Positions 19,884 to 30,135 of a stretch of 64,000 nucleotides of DNA are shown piece by piece. The translations under genes were made by a program, and so were the position numbers. The stretch's first letter is position 1. Each line of letters starts with the position of its first letter. Below the pieces are notes generated by a model, which saw nothing but the letters and a program-made list of their open reading frames with translations, did not search any database and was not told the DNA's origin. Source of the DNA: Actinomycetota bacterium (GTDB taxonomy: Bacteria; Actinomycetota; Aquicultoria; Subteraquimicrobiales; UBA9087). The DNA is taken from contig JASEEZ010000003.1 in NCBI GenBank assembly GCA_030019215.1, positions 12,109 to 76,108 on the forward strand, written 5' to 3'.

Positions 19884-21632
19884 GTGTCTTACATCTCTCT
19901 GTATAGAAAATATCGTCCTCAGACTTTTGGGGAAGTCGTTGGCCAGACCCACATCACTCAGACCCTGGCCAACGCGGTCAAGCAGAATCGCTTCTCCCAT
20001 GCCTATCTCTTTGCCGGACCCCGAGGAACGGGAAAGACAACCACCGCCAGAATCTTTGCCAAGGCACTCAACTGTGCCAAGGGGCCGACTCCCACCCCTT
20101 GCAATGAATGTGGAATCTGTTTGCAGATAATCGGGGGAAACTCCATCGACGTTCTGGAGATAGATGCCGCCTCCAACCGGGGCATAGATGAGATCAGGGA
20201 TCTAAGGGAAAAGATCCGCTTCACCCCGACGGAGGCTCGATACAAGATGTATATAATAGACGAAGTTCACATGCTTACCCCCGAGGCCTTTAACGCTCTC
20301 TTGAAGACGCTGGAGGAACCGCCTGAATGCGTAGTCTTCGTCCTGGCGACGACGGAACCTCATAAGGTTCTCCCCACGATCCTCTCTCGCTGTCAACGCT
20401 TTGATTTCAGGCGTATCCCGATTTCGGATGCGGTGGGATACCTCCACCAGATTGCGAAGGCCGAGGGAATAGTCATCGACGAGACTGTTCTTCCCTTGAT
20501 TGCCAGGCAGGCTCAAGGCTCCTTGAGAGACGCCATTGGGGTTCTGGAGCAGTTGTCCTCCTTTGCCGGTGAGAAGATCGGCCTGGATGAGGTTATCTCC
20601 CTTCTGGGCATGGTCGAAATTGAACTCCTGTTCGAGATCGTGGATATAGTGAGCAGGAGGGATACGGCCGGCGCCCTTTTCTTCGTGGAGAGGTTGATGG
20701 GGAGCGCGAGAGACATCCGGCAGTTCACGAAGGAACTCATAGACCACCTCAGAAATCTCTTCGTCATCCGGAGCACCGATGAACCGGCGGGGATGATAGA
20801 TGCTACCCCTGATGCCCTGGCCAGGATGGAGGCCCAGGCCTGCTCTTTCCAGCCATCCGAGATAATGAGATTCATGGATATTCTGACGGAAACTCACGGC
20901 GAGATGCGCTGGAGTCCAGATGCCAAGCTTCTCCTGGAGATGGCCCTGGTCAAGATGACAAAGCCGGAGGTGGATGCGTCTCTTGATGGGTTGCTGTATA
21001 GGATCGATGAGCTAGAGAGAAAGATCGAGGGACGAGGGACGAGGGACGAAAGTCAGAAGATAAAGAAGTTAGAGGCGAAAGAAATGGGGGAGGTGCACGA
21101 GGTTGAAGAGGTAAAAGAGGGAGAAGGCGCGAAGAAGGGGAAGGTGGAAGCGGTAAAGGGTACAGCGGGTGGAAAAAGAGATGAAGCGACACCCAGCCAG
21201 CAACCAGTTATCGGAAAGCAGGCTACAGGTCAAAAAATAGATATTGCTAGGGTGAGAAGAGCCTGGCCGGTGATTTTGAATCAGGTTAAAGAGAAGAAGA
21301 TATCCACTTACGCCCTCCTTCTGGAGTGCCAACCCTCCTCGGTAACGGAGAAGACCATCGTCCTGGAGTTCAGCGAGAGGGCCTCCTTTCATTTGCAGGA
21401 GATGGAAAAATCTCGCAATTTGAAGGTGCTCTTGCAATCTTTGAAAAAGGTATTGGGCATGGATGTGGATGTCGAGTGCACTTTGAGAGAGGATGAGGGA
21501 CCGAAGTCTCGGGAGACATCCCTCCGGGAAGAAAAGTTAACCGAGGAGCCGGTCGAGCCCCATATCGTCAAGCTGGTTCAGGATAGTTTCGGAGCAGAGA
21601 TAATCGAGGAAGTTGAATTCACAGAAGACTGA
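19884..21632 (+). CDS. dnaX: DNA polymerase III subunit gamma/tau
   Basis: GTG start. 'YRKYRPQTFGEVVGQTHI', Walker A 'GPRGTGKTT', and clamp-loader sensor motifs. Low-complexity acidic linker. Confidence 0.9.
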   Translation: MSYISLYRKYRPQTFGEVVGQTHITQTLANAVKQNRFSHAYLFAGPRGTGKTTTARIFAKALNCAKGPTPTPCNECGICLQIIGGNSIDVLEIDAASNRGIDEIRDLREKIRFTPTEARYKMYIIDEVHMLTPEAFNALLKTLEEPPECVVFVLATTEPHKVLPTILSRCQRFDFRRIPISDAVGYLHQIAKAEGIVIDETVLPLIARQAQGSLRDAIGVLEQLSSFAGEKIGLDEVISLLGMVEIELLFEIVDIVSRRDTAGALFFVERLMGSARDIRQFTKELIDHLRNLFVIRSTDEPAGMIDATPDALARMEAQACSFQPSEIMRFMDILTETHGEMRWSPDAKLLLEMALVKMTKPEVDASLDGLLYRIDELERKIEGRGTRDESQKIKKLEAKEMGEVHEVEEVKEGEGAKKGKVEAVKGTAGGKRDEATPSQQPVIGKQATGQKIDIARVRRAWPVILNQVKEKKISTYALLLECQPSSVTEKTIVLEFSERASFHLQEMEKSRNLKVLLQSLKKVLGMDVDVECTLREDEGPKSRETSLREEKLTEEPVEPHIVKLVQDSFGAEIIEEVEFTED

Positions 21633-21954
21633 AGACCAGCGGCCAGAGGTCAGGGGTCAAGAGTCAGGGGGCACGGGTCAAGGGATAAAGAACCAGGGAC
21701 GAAGGGTGAGAGAAGCAAAGAACGAAGGGTGAGAGAAATATAGGAACAGGGGGATTAACTTCCTGGTTTCCTAGCTTCCCGGGTTTCCTTGTTTTCATCC
21801 GACAGCCGACATCCATCATCCGACGAGGAATTTTCTCTAAGCTCTGAGCTCTTGGCTCTAAGCTAGCTGACAACTGTCATCTGTGAACTGTCAGCTATTT
21901 CGAATAACTAATAACGAATGGGCATGAAAATTTATGAGTAAAGGAGCGATCTCG

Positions 21955-22263
21955 ATGGATTTGGGAAAGATAATGAAGCAAGCACAGAAAGTACAGAAAG
22001 AGATGGTAAAGGCTCAGGAAGAACTGGCCGGCGAGCGCGTGGAGGCCAGCAGCGGTGGTGGGATGGTCAAGGTGATAGTCAATGGCAAGCAAGAGATCCT
22101 GGAGGTGAAGATAAACCCCGACGCCGTGAATCCCGAGGACGTGGAGATGTTAGAGGACATGGTTCTGGTGGCCGCCAACGAGGCTCTCGGCGAGTCTCGC
22201 GAGTTGGCATCGCGGAAGCTGAGCAAATTGACGGGGGGATTAAATCTCCCCGGGTTGGTGTAG
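21955..22263 (+). CDS. ybaB: nucleoid-associated protein YbaB/EbfC
   Basis: 'MDLGKIMKQAQKVQKEMVKAQEEL...GGGMVKVIVNGKQEILEVKI'. AAAGGAG sits 8 nt before ATG 21955. Confidence 0.85.
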   Translation: MDLGKIMKQAQKVQKEMVKAQEELAGERVEASSGGGMVKVIVNGKQEILEVKINPDAVNPEDVEMLEDMVLVAANEALGESRELASRKLSKLTGGLNLPGLV

Positions 22264-22299
22264 AAGACTGGATTCGTAAGGGTGGGAAGGGGAGGTTTA

Positions 22300-22911
22300 A
22301 TGTATTACGCGGAACCGGTGGCAAGGTTAATCGAGGAGTTGGCCAAATTGCCTGGCATCGGACCGAAATCGGCCCAGAGGTTGGCCTTCCATATTTTGAA
22401 GACCGATTCGGAGGAGACCAAAAAGCTGGCCGAGGCGATTCTGCAGGTCAAAGAGAAGATAAAATTCTGCAAGGCCTGCTTCAACGTTACTGATCAGGAA
22501 CTTTGCGAATACTGCCGCGATTCCAAACGTGATGGTTCCGTCATCTGTGTGGTCGAAGAACCCCGTGACATCGTGGCTTTGGAGAAGACCCGCGAGTTTA
22601 AGGGGCGATATCACGTCCTTCAAGGGGCGATCTCTCCCATCGAGGGGGTGGGACCCGAGGATATCAAGGTCAGGGAACTTTTGGATCGCCTCAAGGGCGA
22701 AGCGCAGGTGGAACAGAGGGTAAAGGAGATAATTTTGGCCACCAATCCCAACATCGAAGGTGAGGCCACGGCCATGTACATCGCCAAGCTGGTCAAGCCC
22801 CTGGGAGTGAAGGTCACCCGTATTGCCAGTGGTCTTCCCGTGGGGGGAGATCTCGAATACGCCGATGAGGTAACCCTGGGAAGGGCTCTGGAGGGTAGGA
22901 GGGAGTTGTAG
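22300..22911 (+). CDS. recR: recombination protein RecR
   Basis: '[33 protein letters not shown]' (HhH). C4 zinc finger '[16 protein letters not shown]'. Toprim domain. Forms the conserved dnaX-ybaB-recR operon. Confidence 0.9.
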   Translation: MYYAEPVARLIEELAKLPGIGPKSAQRLAFHILKTDSEETKKLAEAILQVKEKIKFCKACFNVTDQELCEYCRDSKRDGSVICVVEEPRDIVALEKTREFKGRYHVLQGAISPIEGVGPEDIKVRELLDRLKGEAQVEQRVKEIILATNPNIEGEATAMYIAKLVKPLGVKVTRIASGLPVGGDLEYADEVTLGRALEGRREL

Positions 22912-22974
22912 AAAGGCGTGAAGAGCCTGAAGGAATGGAGGGATTGGCTGCTAGCCACTCTCAGCGGTCGGGGA

Positions 22975-23152
22975 CCAGTACCGTTACAACTAATTTTTCC
23001 TGAGAAATCTAAGCTTTTGTTCAATCTGTTTATTAAAGAAGCGTTCGCTGATATTAAGCCCGTTAGAATTTTTAATGTAAATGCAGTTACTAACATCAAA
23101 CAAAGTAAATTTAATTCTAACAGGCTGAAGCGACAAGTTGTAACGGTACCAG
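22975..23152. repeat. MITE-like element, copy 2 (termini CCAGTACCGTTACAAC / GTTGTAACGGTACCAG, AT-rich interior)
   Basis: Inverted termini at 22975-22990 and 23137-23152 share the CCGTTACAAC core with the element at 6638-6756. Confidence 0.6.
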
Positions 23153-23290
23153 TTATTTTACTATCCAACAAGCTAGATTGCCGTTAATCCATCGAATCCA
23201 GCCACTCGAGGCAAAAAGAGAGCGCTCGGTGGTTTTTGTCTGTATAATCCAGGAAGTATTTTGACGAGCTGAGTTGTGTGAGGTGAGGAG

Positions 23291-23863
23291 ATGAAGGATT
23301 TAGTTGAAATTCGCTGGCACGCAAGGGGTGGCCAGGGTGCCGTCACCGCGGCCAAGTTTTTGGCCGAAACGGCCCTGGCTGGAGGCAAGCACGTTCAAGC
23401 ATTTCCCGAGTATGGGCCGGAAAGAATGGGCGCTCCCATTCAGGCCTTCACTCGCCTTTCAACCGAGCCAATCCGCACCTACTGTAGTATCGTTAATCCG
23501 AACGTGGTCACGGTTTTGGACCTCACCCTCCTCGACGTCGTCGATGTCGCTCAAGGATTTTTGCCCGATAGTGTACTTATCATCAATACTTCGGATAAAC
23601 CTTCCAGCTTGAGGGGAAAGCTTAAATTAAAGGGCGGAAAGGTGTTTACGGTTGATGCCTCGACCATCGCCCTGGAGGAACTGGGGAAGCCCATTCCGAA
23701 TACTCCCATGCTTGGAGCGCTCATAAAGGTCACAGGGATTTTAGGTTTGGGGGAAGTGGTCAAACATTTCGAAGAAGCCTTTGAGGGTAAATTCTCCCCC
23801 AGGGTAATAGAGGGAAACATTAAGGCAATAAAGCGCGCCTTCGAGGAGGTGAAGGGCGAGTGA
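23291..23863 (+). CDS. porG: pyruvate:ferredoxin (2-oxoacid) oxidoreductase gamma subunit
   Basis: 'WHARGGQGAVTAAKFLAETA' gamma-subunit signature. First gene of a four-gene por cluster. Confidence 0.8.
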   Translation: MKDLVEIRWHARGGQGAVTAAKFLAETALAGGKHVQAFPEYGPERMGAPIQAFTRLSTEPIRTYCSIVNPNVVTVLDLTLLDVVDVAQGFLPDSVLIINTSDKPSSLRGKLKLKGGKVFTVDASTIALEELGKPIPNTPMLGALIKVTGILGLGEVVKHFEEAFEGKFSPRVIEGNIKAIKRAFEEVKGE

Positions 23864-24150
23864 AGGAGTGGAGAGCGGAAAAGTTGATGCCTGGAGCGCT
23901 TATCCCGGTTGGTGGGACTGCTCGCCAGTATAAGACGGGTGGCTGGCGCTCGGAGCATCCCGTTTGGGATGAGAGGGCTTGCAAGCAGTGCTTTTTATGC
24001 TGGATTTACTGCCCCGATGGATCGATCAAAGTTAGGGATGGGAAGGTAATTGGGATAGATTACGATTATTGTAAAGGTTGTGGAATTTGCGCCAATGAAT
24101 GCCCAGCAGATGCTATAAAGATGGCCGAGGGAGGTGAACCCAATGGCTAA
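23860..24150 (+). CDS. porD: pyruvate:ferredoxin oxidoreductase delta subunit (2x[4Fe-4S] ferredoxin)
   Basis: 96 aa. 'CKQCFLCWIYCP' and 'CKGCGICANECP' clusters. Confidence 0.8.
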   Translation: MKEWRAEKLMPGALIPVGGTARQYKTGGWRSEHPVWDERACKQCFLCWIYCPDGSIKVRDGKVIGIDYDYCKGCGICANECPADAIKMAEGGEPNG

Positions 24151-25351
24151 GTTGACCGAAAAAATCGTGGCCATAACGGGAAATGCCGCCGTGGCTCAAG
24201 CGATGAGGCAAATTAATCCCGATGTGGTCGCCGCTTACCCCATCACCCCTCAGACCGATATCGCTGAGACCTTTGCCGAATTCGTGGCCGATGGCTTAGT
24301 GGACACGGAATACGTGACCGTGGAGAGCGAACACTCCGCGATGAGCGCCTGCGTTGGGGCATCCGCTGCTGGAGCGCGGGTTATGACGGCCACGTCTTCA
24401 CAGGGGTTGGCCTTGATGTGGGAGATTCTCTACATCGCTGCGGGGATGCGCCTCCCCATAACTATGACCAATGTCAATCGGTGTTTGAGTGCCCCGATCA
24501 ACATCCATTGTGACCATTCCGACAGCATGGGGGCCAGGGATTCGGGCTGGATTCAAATCTACTCCGAGAACGCCCAAGAAGCCTACGACAACGTCATCCA
24601 GGCTATCAGGATAGCGGAGCATAAGTCGGTCTTGCTCCCGGTCATGGTAAACATGGATGGCTTCATCGTCAGCCACAGCATCGAGCGAGTGGAGCTCCTG
24701 GACGATGAGGTGGTCAAGAGATTTGTTGGCGAGTACAAGCCGGTCTATCCTTTGCTCGATGTCGAAAATCCGGTGACCCATGGTCCCTTTGATGGTTTGG
24801 GTGGCTTTTATTTCGAGCACAAGAAAGCTCAGATCGAGGCCATCGAGAGATCCAGGAAGGTCGTCTTGGACGTCGCCGACGAGTTTAAGAGGATATCCGG
24901 TCGAGAGTATGGCTGTTTCGAGCCCTATCGCTTAGACGATGCCGAGGTCGCCCTCGTGGTTTTAAATTCGGCTGCGGGAACTAGCAAGTGTGTTGTCGAT
25001 GCGATGCGAGAAGAAGGATACCCAGTTGGCATCCTAAAACTGAGGGTGTTCAGGCCGTTTCTCGCACGGGAGTTGAGTGAGGCTCTGAAGCACTTAAAGG
25101 CCGTGGCCATACTCGAGCGGGCGACCTCTCCGGGTTCATTTGGTCCTCTCTATGCGGAGATAAGATCGGCCCTTTACGATTTGGAGGCCAGGCCCAAAAT
25201 GGTTAATTTGATCTATGGATTGGGCGGAAGAGAGTTTAGACCCGAGCACGCCAAGGAGGCTTTTGGGGTTTGTCTCAAAGTGGCCCAAACGAAGAGGGTT
25301 GAAAAACCCCTCGGTTACTTGGGGCTCAAGGAAGTGGAGGTGATCTCATGA
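24134..25351 (+). CDS. porA: pyruvate:ferredoxin oxidoreductase alpha subunit
   Basis: 405 aa. 'ITGNAAVAQAMRQINPDVVAAYPITPQT' N-terminus typical of POR alpha. Confidence 0.8.
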   Translation: MNPMAKLTEKIVAITGNAAVAQAMRQINPDVVAAYPITPQTDIAETFAEFVADGLVDTEYVTVESEHSAMSACVGASAAGARVMTATSSQGLALMWEILYIAAGMRLPITMTNVNRCLSAPINIHCDHSDSMGARDSGWIQIYSENAQEAYDNVIQAIRIAEHKSVLLPVMVNMDGFIVSHSIERVELLDDEVVKRFVGEYKPVYPLLDVENPVTHGPFDGLGGFYFEHKKAQIEAIERSRKVVLDVADEFKRISGREYGCFEPYRLDDAEVALVVLNSAAGTSKCVVDAMREEGYPVGILKLRVFRPFLARELSEALKHLKAVAILERATSPGSFGPLYAEIRSALYDLEARPKMVNLIYGLGGREFRPEHAKEAFGVCLKVAQTKRVEKPLGYLGLKEVEVIS

Positions 25352-26268
25352 AAATCAAGGAGCTTTCCGCGACAAAAGAGAGATTCACCTCCGGCCACAG
25401 GCTTTGTGCCGGTTGCGGGGCTGGCATCGTGGTGAGACAGGTCCTGATGGCGACCGACAAGCCGGTCGTCGTCTGCTGCCCAACCGGGTGTCTGGAGGTC
25501 TCCTCGACCATTTATCCCTCGACCGCCTGGGATACTCCTTACATTCACAACGCTTTCGAGAACGCGGCGGCGACGCTGAGCGGGGTGGAATCCGCGTACC
25601 GGTTTTTGAGGAAGAAGGGGAGGATCGACAGGGAAATCAGATTCGTCGCCTTCGGCGGCGATGGTGGCACGTACGACATCGGCCTGCAGGCTCTTTCGGG
25701 AGCTCTTGAGCGTGGTCACGGGATGGTCTACGTCTGCTACGACAACGGCGCTTACATGAATACGGGGATTCAACGTTCTAGCGCCACCCCTCGAGGGGCT
25801 TGGACGACCACCTCTCCGGTGGGTAAAGTCATCCCCGGAAAGACCCAGGACAGAAAAGACCTAACTGCCTGTGTGGCCGCGCACGATATTCCATACGTGG
25901 CGCAAGCTTCACCCAGCCACTGGCGCGACCTCGTTACCAAGGCGCGAAAGGCCTTCGAGGTCGATGGCCCGGCTTTCTTGAACATTCTCTCTCCTTGTCC
26001 TCGAGGCTGGAGGTATCCGGGGAGCCAATCCATCGCCGTGGCCAGATTGGCCGTCGAGACCTGCTTCTGGCCACTTTTTGAGGTTGAGGATGGGCGGTGG
26101 AAGCTCAATTATAAGCCCAAGGAGAAGAAACCCCTGGTAGAATGGTTGAAACCACAGGGGAGGTTCAAGCATCTCTTTGCTCCCGAAAACGAGCATATCA
26201 TCGAGGAGCAACAAGCCAAGGTGGATAAAGACTGGGAAAGACTCCTCAGGCTCTGCGGGGAAGCTTAA
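25348..26268 (+). CDS. porB: pyruvate:ferredoxin oxidoreductase beta subunit (TPP-binding)
   Basis: 'CAGCG...' N-terminus and TPP motif 'GGDGGTYDIG'. Confidence 0.8.
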   Translation: MKIKELSATKERFTSGHRLCAGCGAGIVVRQVLMATDKPVVVCCPTGCLEVSSTIYPSTAWDTPYIHNAFENAAATLSGVESAYRFLRKKGRIDREIRFVAFGGDGGTYDIGLQALSGALERGHGMVYVCYDNGAYMNTGIQRSSATPRGAWTTTSPVGKVIPGKTQDRKDLTACVAAHDIPYVAQASPSHWRDLVTKARKAFEVDGPAFLNILSPCPRGWRYPGSQSIAVARLAVETCFWPLFEVEDGRWKLNYKPKEKKPLVEWLKPQGRFKHLFAPENEHIIEEQQAKVDKDWERLLRLCGEA

Positions 26269-26296
26269 AAGACTCGCTTGTTTAAAGGAGATTGTA

Positions 26297-26334
26297 CCCC
26301 CTCGATAGAATTTTTCGAGGGGGTTTTCTTTTAT
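26297..26334 (+). terminator. intrinsic terminator after the por operon
   Basis: CCCCCTCGA-loop-TCGAGGGGG followed by TTTTCTTTTAT. Confidence 0.7.
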
Positions 26335-26394
26335 CCCGGTTTTTAAAAGACGCGATTTTGCCGATGAAATGAGTGGTGGCCGGAGGAGACAAAG

Positions 26395-28662
26395 ATGGTC
26401 CACGTAAACCTACGAGTGAAGTTGGGTTTAACCATCGCGCTTATAATCCTGTTAGTGGCCGGCGTTATGGTCTACTTCTTTGTGCAACAACAGAAGGCAC
26501 ATTGGCTGGAGAGGGAGAAAGAGAGCAACCATCTGATGACGTCATTTGTTGTGCATCACATCGAGGATTCCCTCGCCGATGGCGAGCTTGATGAAGAAGA
26601 AAGAGGACGTCTCCTGGAGTACATCGAGGCGATGGGGGAAAAGATTGTGCACTTCCGAGTGGTGGACGAAAACGCCAGGATTTTAGTATCGCTGGATGCT
26701 CAAGGGGTGGGTGAGGCGGACGAGGACAAATGCGTCTCGAAGGCGTTGAGGGAAAGAAAAACCATCGAACACATCTGGGCCTTTCACCGCGGAAAAGGAG
26801 AGGAAGGTGAGATAGTCGAGACCTTTGGCTTCTGGGATAGGAGGACCCGGGCTCTGGAGATCGTCGTGCCCTATTTCTCCGGAGGGCGGTTGGCGGGAGC
26901 TGTTCACATCTATACCAGCCTCGTGGAGCTGACCGCAATCATTGACAGGGTCTATTTACAGACCACTCTCTTGGCCACCGCAACTTACGTTCTCTGTTTT
27001 CTATTTCTCTGGATTGGACTCTCAAGATTCGTCTATCGCCCCATTGACATACTGAAGAGCGCCGCCGATCAGGTTGCTCGGGGGGATTTCACCAAGCGGG
27101 CAAGGATCGTCTCGAGAGACGAGTTCGGTGATCTCTTTGTCACCTTCAACAGGATGACCGAGACTCTCTCCTCGCTCATAGCCCAGGTTGAGGCGGCTCA
27201 TCGGCAGACGAAATCTTCTGTGGCCAGCGTGGGGCGGGCGCTGGGCTCCACCCTTGATCGGAGTGAACTGCTGAGGACCATCTTGAATGCGGCCATCGGC
27301 GTCTCCGGTGCCCAGACCGGTTCGGTGATGCTCCTCGACGAGAAAAGCGGGAATTTGGTCATCGAGGCGGCCCATGGTCTGGATGAAAAGGTTGTCCGGA
27401 CCACCAGCCAGAAGCTGGGACAGGGAATCGCCGGCTGGGTGGCCAAAGAGGGGGAGCCCCTGCTTCTCATCGATGGGGTTAAAGATCAGCGCTTTGAGCC
27501 CATAAAGGCCAGGGAGGAGATCAAGGATGCCATCTGCGTTCCCCTGAGAGTCAAGGACAAGATCATCGGGGTGCTGAACGTCAACAACAAGGTGGGGAAG
27601 GAGACCTTTGACCATGATGATCTTGAGTTCCTGGCGGCCCTGGCCAATGAGGCGGCTGTGGCTCTTGAAAATGCCGAGCTTTATCAGGACATCCGCAGGA
27701 ATTTCTTCAGTACCATTCGGGCGTTGGCCGAGGCGGTGGATGCCAAGGATCCCTATACGCGGGGCCACTCGGAGCGGGTGACCCAATATGCCCTGGCGAT
27801 TGCTCAAAAGTTGGGCCTTTTCAAATCTGAAGTGGAGGCCGTCTAGGTCGCTGCCATCCTGCACGATATCGGCAAAATCGGCATCGGTGAGGAAGTTCTC
27901 TTAAAACCGGGCAAATTCAGTCTCGACGAGATGCTTATAATGCAAACCCACCCCCTCATCGGAGTGAACATTCTTGCTCCCATAGAGTTTCCCTGGGATA
28001 TCCTGCCAATAGTTCGCCATCATCACGAGCGCTTTGATGGTCTGGGTTATCCCGCTGGTTTGAAGGGGGGAAGGATTCCCCTGGGGGCTCGCATCCTGGC
28101 TGTTGCCGATGCCTTTGAGGCGATGATTTCGGCGAGGCCTTATAGGAAAGCTCGGCCGCCTGAAGATGCCCTGGAAGAACTCCAAAGGAATGCCGGGACT
28201 CAGTTTGACCCCTCAATGGTTAAGGCATTCGCTGCTGCCTTTAAGAAGGGGAAGGTCGAGTTGCCCGGTGAGCCCGAGGCAAGGGCGGGGATTTTGACCG
28301 AGGGGGCCAAGAAGGAAGCGGTTAAGGAGGTCTTCGCCGGTATGGCCAATTCTCTTCTTAAACAGTATGCAAGGATAAGCGGCCCCCGTCTAAAGAGAAA
28401 ATTAGAGGGAGAGCTGCGAGAGGCTTTTAGGGAGAGGGGTCTCGATGTGAGCCGGGGAAAAGTCGGAATAGGCGAGGTGTCGGGCCTGTCATTTAAGCAG
28501 GAGATATCCCTTTACAGGGATTTCCTTCAGCGGGAGGCCTCTCTCATTGAGCGAGCTGTGGGAAGGCACATTCTGGAATATTTCCTCTCCGTCAGCCTTG
28601 GGGATTTGAGCGAAAGATTGAAACCTCTGGCTGAGGAGTACGGTTTCAATAAGCCCATCTGA
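26395..28662 (+). pseudogene. sensor HAMP-GAF-HD-GYP c-di-GMP phosphodiesterase interrupted by an in-frame TAG at 27844-27846 (inside the HD-GYP domain), plus a C-terminal domain of unknown function
   Basis: Same frame on both sides of the TAG. Upstream: 'DAKDPYTRGHSERVTQYA...SEVEAV*'. Downstream: 'VAAILHDIGKIGIGEE...HHERFDGLGYPAGL', the HD and GYP motifs. TAG is used as a normal stop elsewhere (pheA, ybaB, recR). Confidence 0.7.
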
Positions 28663-28762
28663 GCTTGCTCCCCACTACCCCTGTTGCTAAAATAGGATAA
28701 GCCTGCCCGCCATTGGCTTCCCGATGTTCATCGGGATGGCAGGCGGGCTGTCTGGAGGCAGA

Positions 28763-30004
28763 ATGGGAATAATTGTTCAGAAATATGGTGGCACATCCGT
28801 GGCCAATGTGGAGCGGATAAGGGGCGTAGCCAAACGCGTCGTTAAGACTAAGGAAGACGGGAACTCTGTGGTGGTTGTGGTCTCGGCTCTGGGGGAGACC
28901 ACCGACGAGCTTCTAAGGCTAGCCCACCAAATCTCGCCGCATCCTCCCGAGCGGGAACTGGACATGCTTCTGGCCACCGGTGAGCAAGTTTCGGTGGCCC
29001 TTCTGGCCATGGCTATTCAGGCTCTGGGCCACGATGCGATATCGTTTACAGGTCCACAGGTGGGGATAGTGACCGATGCTGTCCACACCAAAGCCAAGAT
29101 AATCGATATTAAATCCGAGCGCATTTTGGACGAGATCGAGAGGGGTAGAATTGTTATCGTCGCCGGTTTTCAGGGGGTGACCGTCGATCAGGACATTACC
29201 ACTCTGGGAAGGGGGGGATCGGATACCACGGCCGTCGCTCTGGCTGCGAAGCTCAAGGCAGATGTTTGTGAGATCTACACCGATGTGGGGGGAGTGCACA
29301 GTGCCGATCCCAAGATCGTGTCGGATGCCCGGAAGTTACCCATCATCTCCTACGATGAGATGCTGGAGATGTCGGCCACAGGTGCCAAGGTGATGCAGCT
29401 CAGAGCGGTGGAATACGGTAAAAATTACGGAGTTCTTATTCATGTCAGATCGAGTTTTTCCGATGAACCGGGGACGCTGATCAAGGAGGGGGAGGAGATG
29501 CTGGAGAGGCCGATCATAAGTGGCATCACCTATGATGTGGGTGAAGCTAAGGTGACCATCTTGGATGTTCCGGACAGGCCCGGCGTGGCGGCAGGGGTCT
29601 TCAGAGCGCTGGCCGATGCCAACGTGAATGTGGATATGATCATCCAAAACGTGAGCGAGAAAGGTTATACCGATATCTCCTTCACCGTGGCCAAGGAGGA
29701 TCTCCGCAGGGCGAGCGAAGTTATGAAAAGAATAGTCAGTGAGCTGGGTGCTCGCGGTTTGACATGCGATGAGGAGATAGCCAAAGTTTCTCTGATCGGT
29801 GCCGGAATGAAGACTCACCCCGGAGTGGCCGCTGACATGTTTGGTGTTCTGGCGGAAAAAAACATAAACATCGAAATGATTAGCACTTCCTCGATCAAGA
29901 TTTCTTGTGTGATCAGAGCAAGGGAAGTGGAGAGGGCGGTCAGAGCCGTCCATGAAAAATTTGATTTAAGCAAGGAGCAAGTGAAGCAGGTGGCGGGGGA
30001 CTAA
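28763..30004 (+). CDS. lysC: aspartate kinase with C-terminal ACT domains
   Basis: '[19 protein letters not shown]' and '[16 protein letters not shown]'. Two ACT domains. Confidence 0.9.
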   Translation: MGIIVQKYGGTSVANVERIRGVAKRVVKTKEDGNSVVVVVSALGETTDELLRLAHQISPHPPERELDMLLATGEQVSVALLAMAIQALGHDAISFTGPQVGIVTDAVHTKAKIIDIKSERILDEIERGRIVIVAGFQGVTVDQDITTLGRGGSDTTAVALAAKLKADVCEIYTDVGGVHSADPKIVSDARKLPIISYDEMLEMSATGAKVMQLRAVEYGKNYGVLIHVRSSFSDEPGTLIKEGEEMLERPIISGITYDVGEAKVTILDVPDRPGVAAGVFRALADANVNVDMIIQNVSEKGYTDISFTVAKEDLRRASEVMKRIVSELGARGLTCDEEIAKVSLIGAGMKTHPGVAADMFGVLAEKNINIEMISTSSIKISCVIRAREVERAVRAVHEKFDLSKEQVKQVAGD

Positions 30005-30135
30005 GCTAAGGGACGAAGGGCGAAGGACGAGGGACGAAGATTTTTTCAGCCGTCATCCGACATCCGACGGCACAAGGCACAAGGCACCTGACATCCGTCA
30101 TCCGACAAGAACTAGAAATGAGTGGTGAAGAAAAA

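Noticed and set aside
19884-21632. Programmed -1 frameshift site (A AAA AAG) in dnaX for gamma-subunit production
   Set aside because: No A-rich slippery heptamer with a downstream stem-loop was found in the linker region. 'AAGAAGTTAGAGG' does not fit.
27844-27846. Possibility that the in-frame TAG in the HD-GYP gene is recoded (for example pyrrolysine or readthrough genetic code)
   Set aside because: TAG terminates pheA, ybaB and recR in this same window at positions where protein homology clearly ends. A nonsense mutation or base-call error is far more likely.
28663-28762. Lysine riboswitch (L-box) upstream of lysC
   Set aside because: The spacer is about 100 nt, too short for an L-box of about 180 nt. 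It contains only one imperfect GC stem-loop, which more likely terminates the upstream gene or is a simple attenuator.
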